DNA of 64,000 nt, taken from the NCBI RefSeq assembly GCF_964204645.1, contig NC_134028.1, positions 8,804,001 to 8,868,000 on the forward strand, written 5' to 3'. This stretch comes from Tubulanus polymorphus (Eukaryota; Animalia; Nemertea). Each line of letters begins with the position of its first letter. The first letter of the stretch is position 1. The notes under the pieces are model-generated. The model was given only the letters and a program-made list of their open reading frames with translations, did no database searches and was not told the DNA's origin. This document shows, piece by piece, positions 29,201 through 42,798 of this stretch. Both the position numbers and the translations under genes were made by a program.

Positions 29201-30215
29201 TGAATAAAAAATCATCAAATCTATTTCGAATAAGCAGAAATATTTCGGTTAGATACTGACACCACCCTTCGTCACCAGTCTAAAATGATAAGTATAACAA
29301 AAAGGAAAAAAATTTCAGATTCATTTCTATTACACATTATACCATTTTATACAGAAGGAGCAAGCATCCGAAATATTTCTACTTTATTAAACTTTTTACT
29401 ACCGGTAGTTCAAATTACAACGGGAACCCACAAGAACAGCTATCCCTGCCAGATGGATAATGGCGAGCACTCAGCTTTGAACTAAATTTTTAGGCTCGCA
29501 AATCAAAATAAAATCACAGGACCCACCAAATATACAGTGAATTCTTTTTTCGACTCAGATATCAACCAGACTCGGATTTGGACTAATGTAAGAACAAGTT
29601 CATTCAGTTTTATCTAAAATGTAGAAGAAATCGATCGCAAAAGACTGAGTTACTACTAGCGAACCTGGTGGATCCTCGTCCGAATTACAGGAATCCTCGA
29701 TTGCCACAGAAGTTCGTAGGTTCGCAGTCGCTGGATTTCGCTTATGTTCGGAATTTTAGTTTGTTATGCATGGCATGTTGGCACCATATGTGGGACTGTT
29801 CAGTAAACCTCCCTGAACACGAAAATTACCGGTGCCCAATTTTCATTGTAACCGTTGTTTTGTATTCACGTTGTATTTTTTGCATCGCGCATGTTATTTA
29901 TTTCAACTGCTTTGAAAATACGAATCACAGGAAAATACATTGATCTAGAACAAAATTACATCGATATAGTAAATGATGAGTTAACTCAACAGTGATTGTT
30001 AATCAACATCGAACTGGTAATTAGACGTAATAGTTACCTCATTTGAGAAAACTTACCTAGTTCTGAAATTAGTTTGGTGAATGAGCTACTTACCTAGTGA
30101 CGTAGGTTGGCGAGTGAGCGATATATTTCACTCCGTGGAAGTTCGTTTCATTAGCGAAGTCAAGAGCCGCCGTTTTCAAATTCTCTTTCTCTTTTGCATC
30201 TTTTTTTTCGCTCAT
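23248..30215 (-). CDS. DEG/ENaC (ASIC/degenerin superfamily) channel subunit, about 910 aa, with giant knuckle insertion
   Basis: Exons 30215-30094, 29019-28846, 28568-28297, 27878-27697, 27382-27187, 26746-25495, 24802-24542, 23941-23850 and 23429-23248 sum to 2733 nt with no internal stop. Motifs: pre-TM1 HG, TM1, FPAVTICNTN, YGLCYSFN, GLSLLIN, GLRVLVH, 10-Cys thumb, NFVYVNVFF, CDIGG..GLYLGAS. The exon 7 acceptor was chosen by phase. Confidence 0.9.
24020..24450. repeat. About 33-36-bp minisatellite in channel intron 7
   Basis: Repeats of CTCAGACAACCTGCTGTCTGTATACCCTGCACC. Confidence 0.95.
29420..29712 (+). repeat. Diverged dispersed repeat (copy at about 41868-42150)
   Basis: Shared blocks occur in the same order: GGGAACCC, GCTATCCC.CCAGATGG, ACTCAGATATC, TTCATTCAGTTTTA, GTAGAAGAAA, CTACTAGCGA, GGATCCTCG, TCGATTGCCACAG. 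Confidence 0.7.
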
Positions 30216-33184
30216 CGTTTCGGGTTATTGAAAATAGTTTTGGTAGTAGCGCTTTTAACGATTCAAACTGGCTGTCAGTTAAAGATGTGCCCCCGGAAAC
30301 TTATATCCGAAATCTGTAACACATAGGATGCCAATTGTATACTCCTTAATGAATATAAAACAGTGAAATATCTACGTAACTATTCCTGATATGCGACGAC
30401 GGACTGCGATAGTTAGAAAGAGGACACGGCGTGGTCATATAATCGGAAAGCGATGCAATTTTAATCATTCCAAACTGTAGGCGCCCATGCGTGACGTTTG
30501 TACCCCGTGAGTCTATGTATCAAGCGATTATGAACAACCAGTAGCCATGAAACTGTATCAGCTGGAAGAATGATTATTTCCATGAAACATTAACTAATTC
30601 ACAATACTCATAAGGGGATGTATATATGCAGATGTTGTCCAATTGTCAATGAATACTTGTTATATTTCGCATCTGAACACACATAAGCGTCATTTCAGTA
30701 ACAAATTGTCACATTTTACACTTACATGTACTATTTGCGTTGATGTTGAAATTCATTCTGTTCTGTTTCAGCCCTCCGTTCTTTGTGCATTGTCAATAAG
30801 ACCGTGTTTTTTATTAGTTTGATTAATTTTTGTGTGAAGTGCTTCCCCTTTAATAGAAATTGAAACAAAGTTCGTGAATATAGACGACAATGTATGGAGC
30901 CTAAAACTGTTAGGTATCACACCTCACTGATTCGACCGGAAAGAAATCAGTTAGATGTTGGGCTTGAATTGTTATGCAGCAGTGGGACTCAAGTGTGTAA
31001 ATACGTTAGTTATGACTTTCGTGATATTGTTTTATAGAATATGCCCTGCCTGCAACGCTTTATTTCATTTTCGATTGTAATTTACTCGCCGAATTCCGTG
31101 AAAACTACTTTGATGTAAATACCTTTCGGAACTTACGTAGATGTATTAAATTCAACTTTGAATTTGGCTCAATTTATCAAAATAGGTCTAGATGTATCTA
31201 AATCTCTCCTGTAGTATATGTATTGTACATGTAAATATGTATTGTAAATAGTGTATTATGTATATAAGTGTGTTCCCAGTTTATCAAGTTTTGAAAGCTT
31301 TTCGTACCGTTTATGTTATTAATTTTATATACTGTTTTTTCTCCATATACCACGGAAGTGGCTGGAGTGTAATAAATGTTCGTATTGGTATTCGTATAGT
31401 AGAGTCATAGTATAACGAGACAATTTTCATTACTGGAGTGGTAAAGAGTTTTATGTGAAGTTTGCGAGGAAGAGGGAGCCTTCGCTTCGTTTGAGAGAAC
31501 ATTCTCGTATCCCGGCAGAATAGTCCAAAAGTGGGAGGTATCGAGTCCAATGAGAATGGAAGTAGATATTGAAAACTAGGAGAAGGATCAGGATCGTCCG
31601 TGCCACTGCTTAAAGTGAACTTGCAGCTCTGAATAAATCTGCATATCTTCCTCTTCATTTGGTGTTCTCTTTCCATTTTCATGATCAACGCAAACCCAAT
31701 ACAATCAACTGGTTCAAAAATACGTGAATGAAAACAAGCTCAAGAATTCTTGTTTAAATGCGACCTGTAATGTGTCTTTATTGAAGGGATATACTAGAAT
31801 AGCAATAGGTACATGTAATTCAAAACAAGAATTATTTTATGAAATTCTATCAAAACATTCATATTCTAAAGTAGCACATTTTGTACATTGCAAGCAAAAT
31901 GATTCAATTTCTAGTATTCAATGTAGTTTTAACTGCTCTTGGGATAAAGATTTGTTTTCTAAGTCGCTCATCAGAATCGTTAAATCCTGTATTAGTTTAA
32001 ATCCGTCGTTTGGGCTTTTTCAATCATTGAATTAGACAGCCACTTACAAAAATGAAAACAAAAATATCAATCTTTGAAAAACTAATTTATCAGTAAATAA
32101 ACTAAAGAAGTTACATTTACTGGAGTAGTTCTTTCCATTGAAATCTTAAATCTAAAATGCACTAAGCGCACGTGTAACCTTTATTTGTTGTTTATATACT
32201 TATCATAAGTTTTGGCACTCGAGGCTGGCAATATTTCACTAGAGATGTTAAGCAAATCTATGTTCATTGCCCCTCAAGAGGAAACCTGTGGGTGTTGGTG
32301 CGCGCCCCAACTCGAATTTCAGAAGTAAGCAGTCTGATACATTTATTAGGCGTATTTTTTGGTATAGGTCTTGCAAATATTATTCGAGTTATCTCATTGC
32401 ACTGAGCTTCTAAAAGGCGCTCGGAAATCAGCACTAAAAAACAAATGATAATCAAGCTGTTGTACTAGCGATTTCAGTTATTACGACTTATTTTCATTGA
32501 TACTTGTTACGTGTACGGTACTACTTTTCTATTTCATTTTTGGTTTGTTCAACTCCAAAAAATCTAAAAACTTCGGACAATTAAAATTCTCCATCAAATA
32601 TGGTTATTAATCTTTGCACAAAAATAGAAAATTACTTGAGGTTGTGTGGGTACTAGACTTAAAGTCAGGACCTTCAGTATCCGAAATATTTGCCCAACCC
32701 ACTATGAACCGAGGGTCAGGTGTGATCGTCCTGCTTACAAAAAGAAAATAATTGCGAGATCATTATGACCTTACTAACACGATTTAAATTGTACCCGACC
32801 TGTTCGGATGTTTTACGATGAAATATCTTCACGATAAATATAATGAATACTTCTCTTACAACCGATATTGATATTTGATTAAGTTACATTTATATTTTAG
32901 ACAATGGTCCAATTTTCACAGTCTGAGTCTATTGTGAGATTTTTGGACAAATTATTTTTCATTTGATGCAAACAAAGTATATTTTAGGCCTCACTAAACA
33001 GGAGATGGCTTCAACTTCGTCAGACTATTGATACAGACAATACACTCATTCAACAGTATATTCTGTCAGCGCTTTCTTTGTCCAGAGGTTAACTTATATG
33101 TAGATTGGTTAAATTCATAGCGTTTGTGTCTGTGCTGAGCAAGCCGGGAACATACCTTCGATTTATTTGCAGTTATCATGAATC

Positions 33185-33341
33185 ATGAATTCCACTCGGA
33201 TGCAGATCGGTCGAACTTATAGCAGTAACATCATTCCTATGTCCGTGGTAAACAGATCTGGAACCTACCTTACTGTGTCATTGGTCGCTTTACCAACCTT
33301 GTTCATGCTTGGAGTTTTCGGGAATTCAGCTACTTTCCTGA
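33185..33341 (+). pseudogene. GPCR remnant (N-terminus and TM1 only)
   Basis: MNSTRMQIG...GNSATFL is joined directly to sequence homologous to 4110. This is a 990-nt deletion with TGA microhomology. Confidence 0.92.
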
Positions 33342-33539
33342 AGGATAAAGTCGAAACGTCGAAAATAAATCATAAACTGAAGGAATGTCTATTAACAACC
33401 CTAAAAATTTACATTTACAAGGAACTTAATGGTGGTAGCTGCCAGGTAAAGGCACTGGTAGCTGATGGTTAGCGTAGTCGTACCTGGCAGCCATTGACGA
33501 TACATATTTACTAGCCTACGGCCTGGAAGCTACATTAGG

Positions 33540-33690
33540 AGCAATGGCAGTCATTTTTGCTGGTACAAAAAGTCCTAGATTTTTTACTCGAGGTCGGAAC
33601 TTTGTTTTTATTGTGAACAATAACTCGTAATCCTGATGACTAGCGTTCACCTTTCATTGTTTCATAATTTTTCGGATTTATCAATAGACT
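33540..33690 (-). pseudogene. Second copy of DEG/ENaC exon 4 relic
   Basis: Reverse complement of 3768-3918, with the same 4-nt insertion. Confidence 0.9.
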
Positions 33691-33994
33691 CGAAAGACTT
33701 ATAGGACACCCGGCATTCAGGCTGTGACCTTCGACCAATCATCTCAACGAGATCTCTTGAGATGATAGCCCGTAGCTGTGACCGAGTGGTCAGCGCGCCA
33801 GGCTCATTGTGATTTTTCTAATTATTTTCCCTTGAAAATAATTCAAATGATTTGTATAGAATTCAAACTTTGATTCAAAATGAACTAATTTCGAATAAAC
33901 GCAAGAAGTCTACTGGTTTTGTAAAGGTATCTCACAAGTGTTTTCTAGCAACCGTTGACTTAGTAACCGTTGCCATAGGGCGTTGACTGCAGTC

Positions 33995-36900
33995 ATGGAC
34001 GAATACCGCCCAACCGTGGTACAGCTCGATGAGAGCGAAATCGTTCTGAAACGGAAAAGCCATTTGTGGAAACCCGAACGACAAGATCCTCTCAGCCAAT
34101 TAGGATACACAGTTTACGAGGTCATCGGTCAAGGTCTGTTTACGAAAGTCAAGAGGGCGCATTCGAGACGATTCAACAGAGATGAAGCTGTGAAAATCAT
34201 CGCGAAACAGAAAATAGCTGCAGAGTTTCTGTCAAAGTTTTTGCCACGGGAAATCTATCTACACCAGAGACTATTACATCCTCATCTGGCAAGATTAAGA
34301 TTTCCACCGAATCCTGCGCATCTGTTATAGGGAATATTTGCGTCGAATAGGACTTTGGTTTGGCAAAGTCAAAAAGAAATACCGGGAATACCAAAAAACG
34401 TCGATCTCTGAATTATTCATAAGATACAACAAGCCACGTTACCAATATCTAGTTTGGGCGGTCATTCCCGCCAAAATGATTTGTATCGAATTCGACGTTG
34501 AATCGTCGTGGCTTAAGACTAGACTTTATCCACAACATATCCAAAGCATATATTCATACAAAACACTATATATTTCCCGGATGAATATCTGGATAGATTT
34601 TTACCTCCTTGTGCGAGTTGTAAAAACTAACCGTATGGTTTCACCATCTAGTGTTATAATTTGACGTTACACATCCAAGATTAAACATACATTGACACAC
34701 TAATAAACTAGACAATCTTTCCTTCAGGTCCAGTTGATAGAAGCAGTTGAGACGTTAACCCATTTGTACCTATTGGAGGAATTCGTACCTAACGGCGATT
34801 TATTGGAATACGTAAACGAGAAAAGGAACGGGCACCTGAGCGAGGCTGAATTTTCTCTTAGATGAAGAATACAACATTAAGATTACCGGTACATAATTAT
34901 CTGAACTTAGCTATCATGATAATTTTAACTAATTAGCCTGTGAATGCGACATGTTGAGCGAAATTAAATAGAGGGAGTGGATAAGTGGGGAAACCCGAAT
35001 CGAAATATAATCCGCCAGTCCTATTAACAACGCAGCCATTTATGTGACGGAACTCATTTTCCACATTAGTATTCATTATCGGTTAGCTTTATTCCATCTT
35101 GGCACTGGATGTACGTATATGTATTAATCTGGACACCGTGGAACGTGTTGACTAAAATTTCTTACCTTTTCACAGTTTCCAGGCGCCATTTTTGGGGTAC
35201 CCGCTGGGTCCGCATTGTTGAATTTTTGTCCCTTTCTCCCTGTTTATTTTTTTTCCGTTTATATCTCTGGATTAGGTTAAGATAGAAGCAAAGTAAAATA
35301 TCGATGAACTCAGCTGATAATTAACTTTTTTGCGATATCACTCACTTATAAAGTTAGTGCAACAATGCGCACTGATATAGTTATAAACATTGATATCGTC
35401 TTCCCGATAATTCAACTTGAATTATTGCTCATCCCATTCAAAAGTTCGTAATTCTTACAAATTTCAATTTACATTTTTGAAGATTCCTGGATCAATAGAC
35501 CATCTATATGTGGTCTTATATACTTTTTACCGTTTTCAATTATCTTTATTGGTTTGTAAGTAATTACGATCCAAACTTCCAAAACACGTTTTTGGCTACC
35601 CTGAAAGCGGTTAAAAGTATATAAGAGCGCATATAGATGTCTATTGTCCTGGAAACATCAAAAAAGTAGATCAAAATTTGTAAGGTTTGAAAACTTACAC
35701 TCCTCCCTCAAACATTCGGCACTTAATTGACATGGCCTTAAACCCGAGACGTTACTCGATTAAAAGAAGCCTACAAAATTTCAAAAAGTGAACATCCAGA
35801 CTCTTTTATATACAATAAGTGAATACCTGAAGGTTGGGATCCCACACTGCAGATCGATACCTGTTGTACGTAGTAAATACGCCGAATAAGTATGTACAAT
35901 GATATTTTCTTGTCATTTGAATTCGAATAGATTTTGGATTAGCGCGTCTTTCAAACCGGACGGAACACTGTTCGACACCTTGCGGCTCCTACGTGTACGC
36001 AGCACCGGAAGTGATGGGTGGAGAGCTCTATGACGCGTATAAGGCTGATTTGCGGAGTTTAGGTATAACGATACACGTGAATTCGAAACTATTTCGATTT
36101 ACTCTGGCTATTGTTTCGAGAATTGTGGAATGCATTCTTGTATCATAGTTAAAATAACACCCATAAGCAATTATATTTTGTCATATTATCGGGACCAAGC
36201 AATTAATTCAAATTAAGTTAAGCCCAGGTAAAGTAAGTGCGTGTAAACCCACAATTAATGGACCGGTCCAAAGTTAGTTTCGAGCTGCTAAGTGCGATCC
36301 TCGCACGGTAAGGGTTACCGCCTCGCATACACATCTGATGGCGCAGCATTGAACATCGAGTTATTCGTAGTGAATTTCTCTAGAATTGTAACAGCATTCT
36401 TCCAAATCCGCATACTATCATTAAATGTGTCATCGAATTCGTTTCATTTTCTTACCCAGTGCACGTGCATGACATAGATTTCACTGAAAATTGATTTATT
36501 TATTGGGAAAAGTCGAATTTAGCTGAAATGTAAAAGTAATTGATGTGCAGTAAACAATAGCGAACCTAGCGGATCTTTGCAAAATTCTCGTTTGCCACAG
36601 TTACGGCGCCGGTAACCCCATTCTATCAGCGTCTTTTATCACAACATTTCGGATGCGTTGGCTCAGACAAGAAAAGGATAACTTTGTTCTAATAAATGAG
36701 CATACGAATTACAGGTATATCTGCTTGTACACGATGGTTTGCGGATGGTTTCCATTTTCCGATATGGATTTATCAGTTTTGCGCGAATCGATGACCACTC
36801 ACAAAATTTGTTTCCTTAAAACGGTATCTCAAGGTAAATAACCGAGAATGAATCTAATTTGATGTACGTGTGTAGACCGCATTTTAGTGAAACTATTTTG

Positions 36901-39447
36901 AAATGTAAATAAACAACGGAGTTGCTTGAAGATCCGTATTGAATGATATGATTCCCAAAAAATTGAACATAATTTTGATAAACCCATCATTCCAACACTG
37001 ATTAACGGAAAATTCTTTCATCTACAATAGAATGTAGGGATTTGATTCTGTGTCTGCTAAGCGTAAACCCACAAGATCGACCTATGGTAACTCAACTCAA
37101 TAGATTTGAATGGATGTGTATGACTCTACCGCAGGAAAGCGACTTGGTTGTTGCGGCACCATCTACACGGGTAAACGTTACATAACATAACCTAGCAGGT
37201 AACAGAGCATAGCATAACATGAATATAACATGTATTCTAACATATCGTAACATGAAAGGTAAGATAGCAGGACTGGTAAACTTAGCGCTTTGACTAAAAA
37301 CCCATCGCTCTCCTCCCCTTTGCCAATATTGCCTCATCAGGACAAACTTGCAACTACTGTGATACACATACAGATAACATAACTTACGTAATCATGACAT
37401 AATAGGTTACAAAACATGTACATGGACATGGGCATCGGCATGGACATGGATATGGACACGGATGTGGAAATAACAATTCTTATGCCAACATCCTTGCTTG
37501 TTACGGCCAATTTATTTCAGCGTCGAACTTGCATCGTAGTCGAAGTGGAATTAATATAATGTTAGATGAGGCTGAACACGGATTTACTTGCGATCAACGG
37601 TTAAAAGAGCGACGGTCAACGCTCGTTTCTGACGTATTACACGCCGTTGCACTGAAACATTGGTATGTATCGACTGGTGGTCACTTTTAATTTTTCTTGA
37701 TTTTTAGTGGGATACCAGCAACGCTATAGGCAATAATCCACCGGATCACTAGTGGCTCTGGGTTTCCTTCTACATTTCTATCAAATTCGAATAATCGTCT
37801 TTTTTCGTTTGTAAGTCAATTTTTAGTAGATCTATACCATAGAGTGAGTGAGAATTTGAGTGCCGATTTAACATCTATCCGATGACTCGTTTGATAATGT
37901 TCGGATTTGGAAGCCTAAATATCGAGTTCAAAATCGTTGAAAATGAACTGATTTTTCACTACCAATAACCCAGTGTTTGTTGCGCCATCTTGTGAGTGCC
38001 AGTATCCCAATCTTGAATCACTGAGTTGTTACAGTATATCGCGATGTTGCACCAACTTGATTTTTTTTTGGTCTCGGGTATAGCTACTAGATCTTTCTTC
38101 GAACGAACATTTCTGTTTTTTACGCAGTGAAGAAGCCACGTCTGATTTCGATCTCGGTGATCCCGCTTCCTCGATCGGAGTTACTGGACCCGCCGGTCGT
38201 CGTCTGAGCGTCGCCATAGCTACCGAAGTGAATGCGAACGAAAAATCGTGGGCCGTTAACTGCGATGTAGGCGGCGCCAGCGGGCGAAAACCGAGCATAG
38301 CACCGCGAAAGCAAAGTATCGCAGCGCATGCGCGGAAGGGAAGTATTGTACCGGGAGGAGACCTGCGAAAAGGGAGTCTTATCATTCAGACTTCCCCGAT
38401 GGTAAAAGTCAACGACGCGGTCACGACAGCACGGGATCCAATCAGAAGAGCAAGTTTGTCCATCGAAAGCAGTGCCAGAAAAGGTAAGTTTTCAAGACAT
38501 TATAAACTAGATTATGGGTCCTTCGATGAAAGAACTATATAGGTAATATCGAGGGTTTTGTGGAAGATTCCGAATCGATGTCCGCTCTTGAGATTCGTTT
38601 CCTTAAAACCGTTACCGTAAATCATCGAGAATGGATCTGTAAAAGAAAAACCCAACGCTCTCCTCCCCTTTGCCAAGTGCCTCATCAGGACAAACTTGCA
38701 ACTACTGTTACAGATACATATACAGATAACATAACATCGGTAACATAACGTCTTCGACATAACGTCGAAAAAACGGTTTTTTCTTCGTGAAAAAATGTTT
38801 TCTCTGTTTTTTGTTATTCCGTGTGTCTTATTCCGATTGGCTTTTCTCCGCAGGAAAGTTGATGTTTCTTTAAACGTGCATATTAGTTTTGAAAATTTCA
38901 AACTAGGCAAATGGCAGACCGATGTTAAAAGTATCCTACTTCGTGTTCAAATATTCGACAAATTCATTTTTTATATCCAGATTCATCGGCGGCCAGTCCG
39001 ATCAATCACCGCAGATTGAGCATGGCCGCCTCCGGGAAGACGCCATTAAATTCGTATCGTCGCGGAACATTAATGACATCGATTACAGACAACAGTCCGC
39101 GTGGTTCCCACACCAGCATCATAGAATCCGTCCAACCTAACGCCGTGCCGGAACATGACAACTGCGAGAACGAACTGCGGCAAGTGAGACATTCGCTCGC
39201 CTCCAAAGTAGCCGCGAGCGCCGGCAACGAACGACGCCGTTCGAGCATCGCTCAACAGCGGCGCAAAGACAGCCACGAACCGACCGTGAATCCGACGACC
39301 GTTGTTCGAATCCAGGTCGATCCGAAAACGCGCGAGTGTATCGATAAATGGAAAGCGAAGTGTCAGGCGGTCGTCCAGTCGGCACCACCCGGGGAACAAA
39401 CTCAATCTGAAACCGACGTTAAATCCGGCAGTTGGGTTATCGTCTAA
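33995..39447 (+). pseudogene. TSSK-like kinase copy B, pseudogene
   Basis: Exons 33995-34288, 34728-34888, 35931-36062, 36715-36833, 37031-37170, 37521-37662, 38128-38483 and 38981-39447. Lesions relative to copy A: VAVK>EAVK, donor GT>GC, an 86-nt deletion removing HRDLK (frameshift, TGA at 34863), DLW>DLR, and a 2-nt insertion in exon 4. Confidence 0.9.
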
Positions 39448-42400
39448 ATCTAGCCGTTCACACAAACCGGATCAATCCTTCTCAGTTCCACCAGTAACTT
39501 TCTCCCAAGAAAAACACTTACACATATTCGTTTGCAATAATATTTCATTATTCTATATTTACTTATATTTAACATCAAACTTTTTTCGTCAACAGTTCAA
39601 AAATAGATTGAGATAATTATTAAACATGTTGTTTCTAAATACATCAATAGTTATGAGAATGCACGGTTGCACAGTTTTTAGTCGAGGCTAAAAAAACTAT
39701 CGACGCCAAGCTTCTCCTTTCTGTTGCGCTTAAAAGTCATCCCAGTCGGCAGCTTATCTACCCTGTACATTACTTTTTACCAAAATCATGATCATTTTTA
39801 CCATAACAGACCCAACGAAAATAGAAATGAATTGGATTACTAATTGTATTGCACGTTATAAAATGACCCGTTCGATTAGGAGAAACAAGGTATCATTCTT
39901 AGCCTTATTTCAAATTTATTGTCTCAATTCCATTTTGAGCTCAATTCAATTCCAATTAAATTTTTCATTTAGCTTTTCAACTCTAGTCTAATTTCAACCC
40001 ACAACTACACTGAATCCAGGGCCGAGTTCACGGCGTAAATTCATGGCCAGTCTTTGACCAACTTTGTTCTATAGCCAATCATTTTCAACCAATAAGAGAA
40101 ACAGAAATGTATAAAACTGATTTACTTTCAACCAGGATCCCGTTTCCCGAAGGGCTGGTAAAACCCATTTTTGGATAAATACGACGCCGAGGTTTGGCTT
40201 TCACTTCTCTGGTTAAACCGTGGTATTAATTGGTGATAATCAAGAGAAAAACTAACGAACCAGCGCCAGGGCTGAATGTCCGTTACGTCCTTCAATTATT
40301 TTTACGATCCTATTTCAATCATTCCACTACTGATTCAGACAGTGCGGAATAGTTGCACTCGAATCTCAAACTGGGCCTATTTTACAATCAACATTTCAAC
40401 TTATTTCAACATTTTATATCGTATGTAAGATTATGTTTGTTATCCAAAACACAAACTTGTCCCCTCCCAAGAATAGAACGATAACGTGGAGGTAGACTAT
40501 CAAATAATGTGACCTTTTCGAAGGCTAAGAAATTGATACCTCGTTCCTCATTTCTTTTGAGCTAATCGTTGACCCAGCCAGACGCCTTTCTACCCTGTAC
40601 ATTACTTTTCTTTAAATCATGTTCAAGCTAGCCAAAACAGACCCGGCAGTTATAGAAATGAACTGACTACAAATGTTATTGAAGTTTTTACAAAAGTGAC
40701 CCGGCCGATTAGGAGAAACAAGGCATCATCCCGGAACTGGGTCAGTGTACCTACCCAAAATATATCAAAGACTATATCTCAACGTGCGAATTAACCCATT
40801 TGCTAGATTACCTCAAATCTATAAGTGTCTTGAATTGAAACTTTAAGAATATGAAAAGGGAAAATCAGACTCCCCTTACACAACTGTTGAGGTTTTGTAC
40901 ACAAATGTTACCAGGCTAAGGGTGAAATGAAGAAGCCATTTGTCTTTAATATAGCTTGGTAGGTTCGAGAACGGGTTCTCGAGACTCTGCGATGTTCGTG
41001 AACACTTTTCGTAAACGCAGTTTTTCAAATACAGCTGTGTTTAAATCCAAATACTTCTGCAATTGACTGCCTATAACTCAATTGAAGAAAAAAGCAACAA
41101 TTTCCAACTAAAACTAAGCGAGTAGTTACATTTTTATTACCTCTTTTCAAGACTGAAACTGAACAGTTTTGAAAACAGTTCATAGAAATGAGTCGGATAT
41201 CACTTCTCTCCATCACTTCACTACTTTCTTAATATACTGTGGGGTTTTTCTTGATACTTTTTCTTCTACCAATCTCGCAAGAAGGCCGTATTGAGCGATA
41301 AGTCTTTTTTTCGGGGACATGTTCATAACAGCGCCGAGAAATTTGAAATATCAAGATACAAAAAGAGAGCCATTTAAGATTCCAGTTGAAATTAAAATGA
41401 ATATGAAATGTTCTACATTTTAGCAGAGTTTCAACCCTTCCTATATAATTGTATATTTTTAAAACTGATGCCGGTCGACTGGCTGGTGGAATAAATAACC
41501 ATCATTCCAAGATGAAACCTCGTCGAAACATCATATTAAATCGCGTCCACCACGAGGGCCCATCATTAAATGAACGTATAAGTGATTGGTAATGTAATTA
41601 GCTAATGAGATCTCAGTGGCCAATTATCATCAGCTGCATTTCAACTGACGCTTGTTACTTACACAGATGTTTCACTCGCGATACTAACCAATTTCAGACC
41701 ATCGGCTCTGAAATCTTCTAACTTCACTTGTCTTTCCTGTACGATTAGCTGTTGCTGAAACGTAGATGAACGGTTCAATGTATGCGTAAGTTCAATGATC
41801 GCGATCAAACGCAGTGAAAATATGAAAACCGACGAAAATCGTGCGTGCAGTCATGACGATTCAGAAAGGGGAACCCGAAACACCGGCTATCCCACCAGAT
41901 GGCGTGACGAACCGGATTTCTAGACTCATGAATTCATATATTATCACAGCACCAACCGAATATACAATATATTCGTTCTTCTACTCAGATATCGGTATAT
42001 TTTTCTTAAATAATTGATTCATTCAAGAGAAAATTTCATTCAGTTTTAATTGTATTGTAGAAGAAAACGAATGTGTAAGACCGACTATCTACTAGCGACA
42101 CATGGCGGATCCTCGCCTGCCATACATGGAATCTTCGATTGCCACAGTAGTGGTGCGGATACCCCCATTGAAAACAAATCATTCGAATCATTTTTAAAGT
42201 TTGAAATTAATCGAAATTGAATATCTGCAATTCAATTATTATTGTCCTTTTTAGCACTGTATATGATACATTTTCATATCACTCGTTCTCATAATAAGCA
42301 TTTCATATAATATAAAACAAAATTTTTCAGCATTCATACAAGTCATACGTATAGTTATGCAGATGACGCATGTAATGGAAATCAATTTATTCAGGTTTTT

Positions 42401-42798
42401 AACACAAGATAGCATAAGACTTAATATTGCTGCATGTGCCGAATGGAAATCACGAAATTATATATCTCTGTTTATTTAATCGAAAGAAGAGAAAATTAAC
42501 AGTAGAACGCACTTGAATCTCTTTTGCGTCCATTAAACCACCACTCCATTATTGCCACCACTCCTTATCAGGTGCTACCAACTATCAGGTAAGTACTTCG
42601 ATAAGATAATATTGTATTGTTGCAGAATCATTTGTCAGGTGTTCTCACGGTTGTCCGGCTAATTACTAAACTGACCATATCATCTCACCACTCTGACCAC
42701 CGTCGATATCAGATCCTCTGATGCCCGATACCACTGACACCTCTGACACCGTGACACCTCTGACCACCGTCGATACCAGATCACACCAGTATATAATC

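Larger units (their letters stand above)
29780..36881. repeat. Right arm of inverted segmental duplication
   Basis: See left arm. It probably extends further right, paired with sequence left of the window. Confidence 0.97.

Noticed and set aside
37300-38750. Repeat at about 37300-37385 and 38645-38735 containing CTGATGAG on the minus strand
   Set aside because: No GAAA box closing a stem II, so it is not called a hammerhead; treated as an ordinary dispersed repeat.
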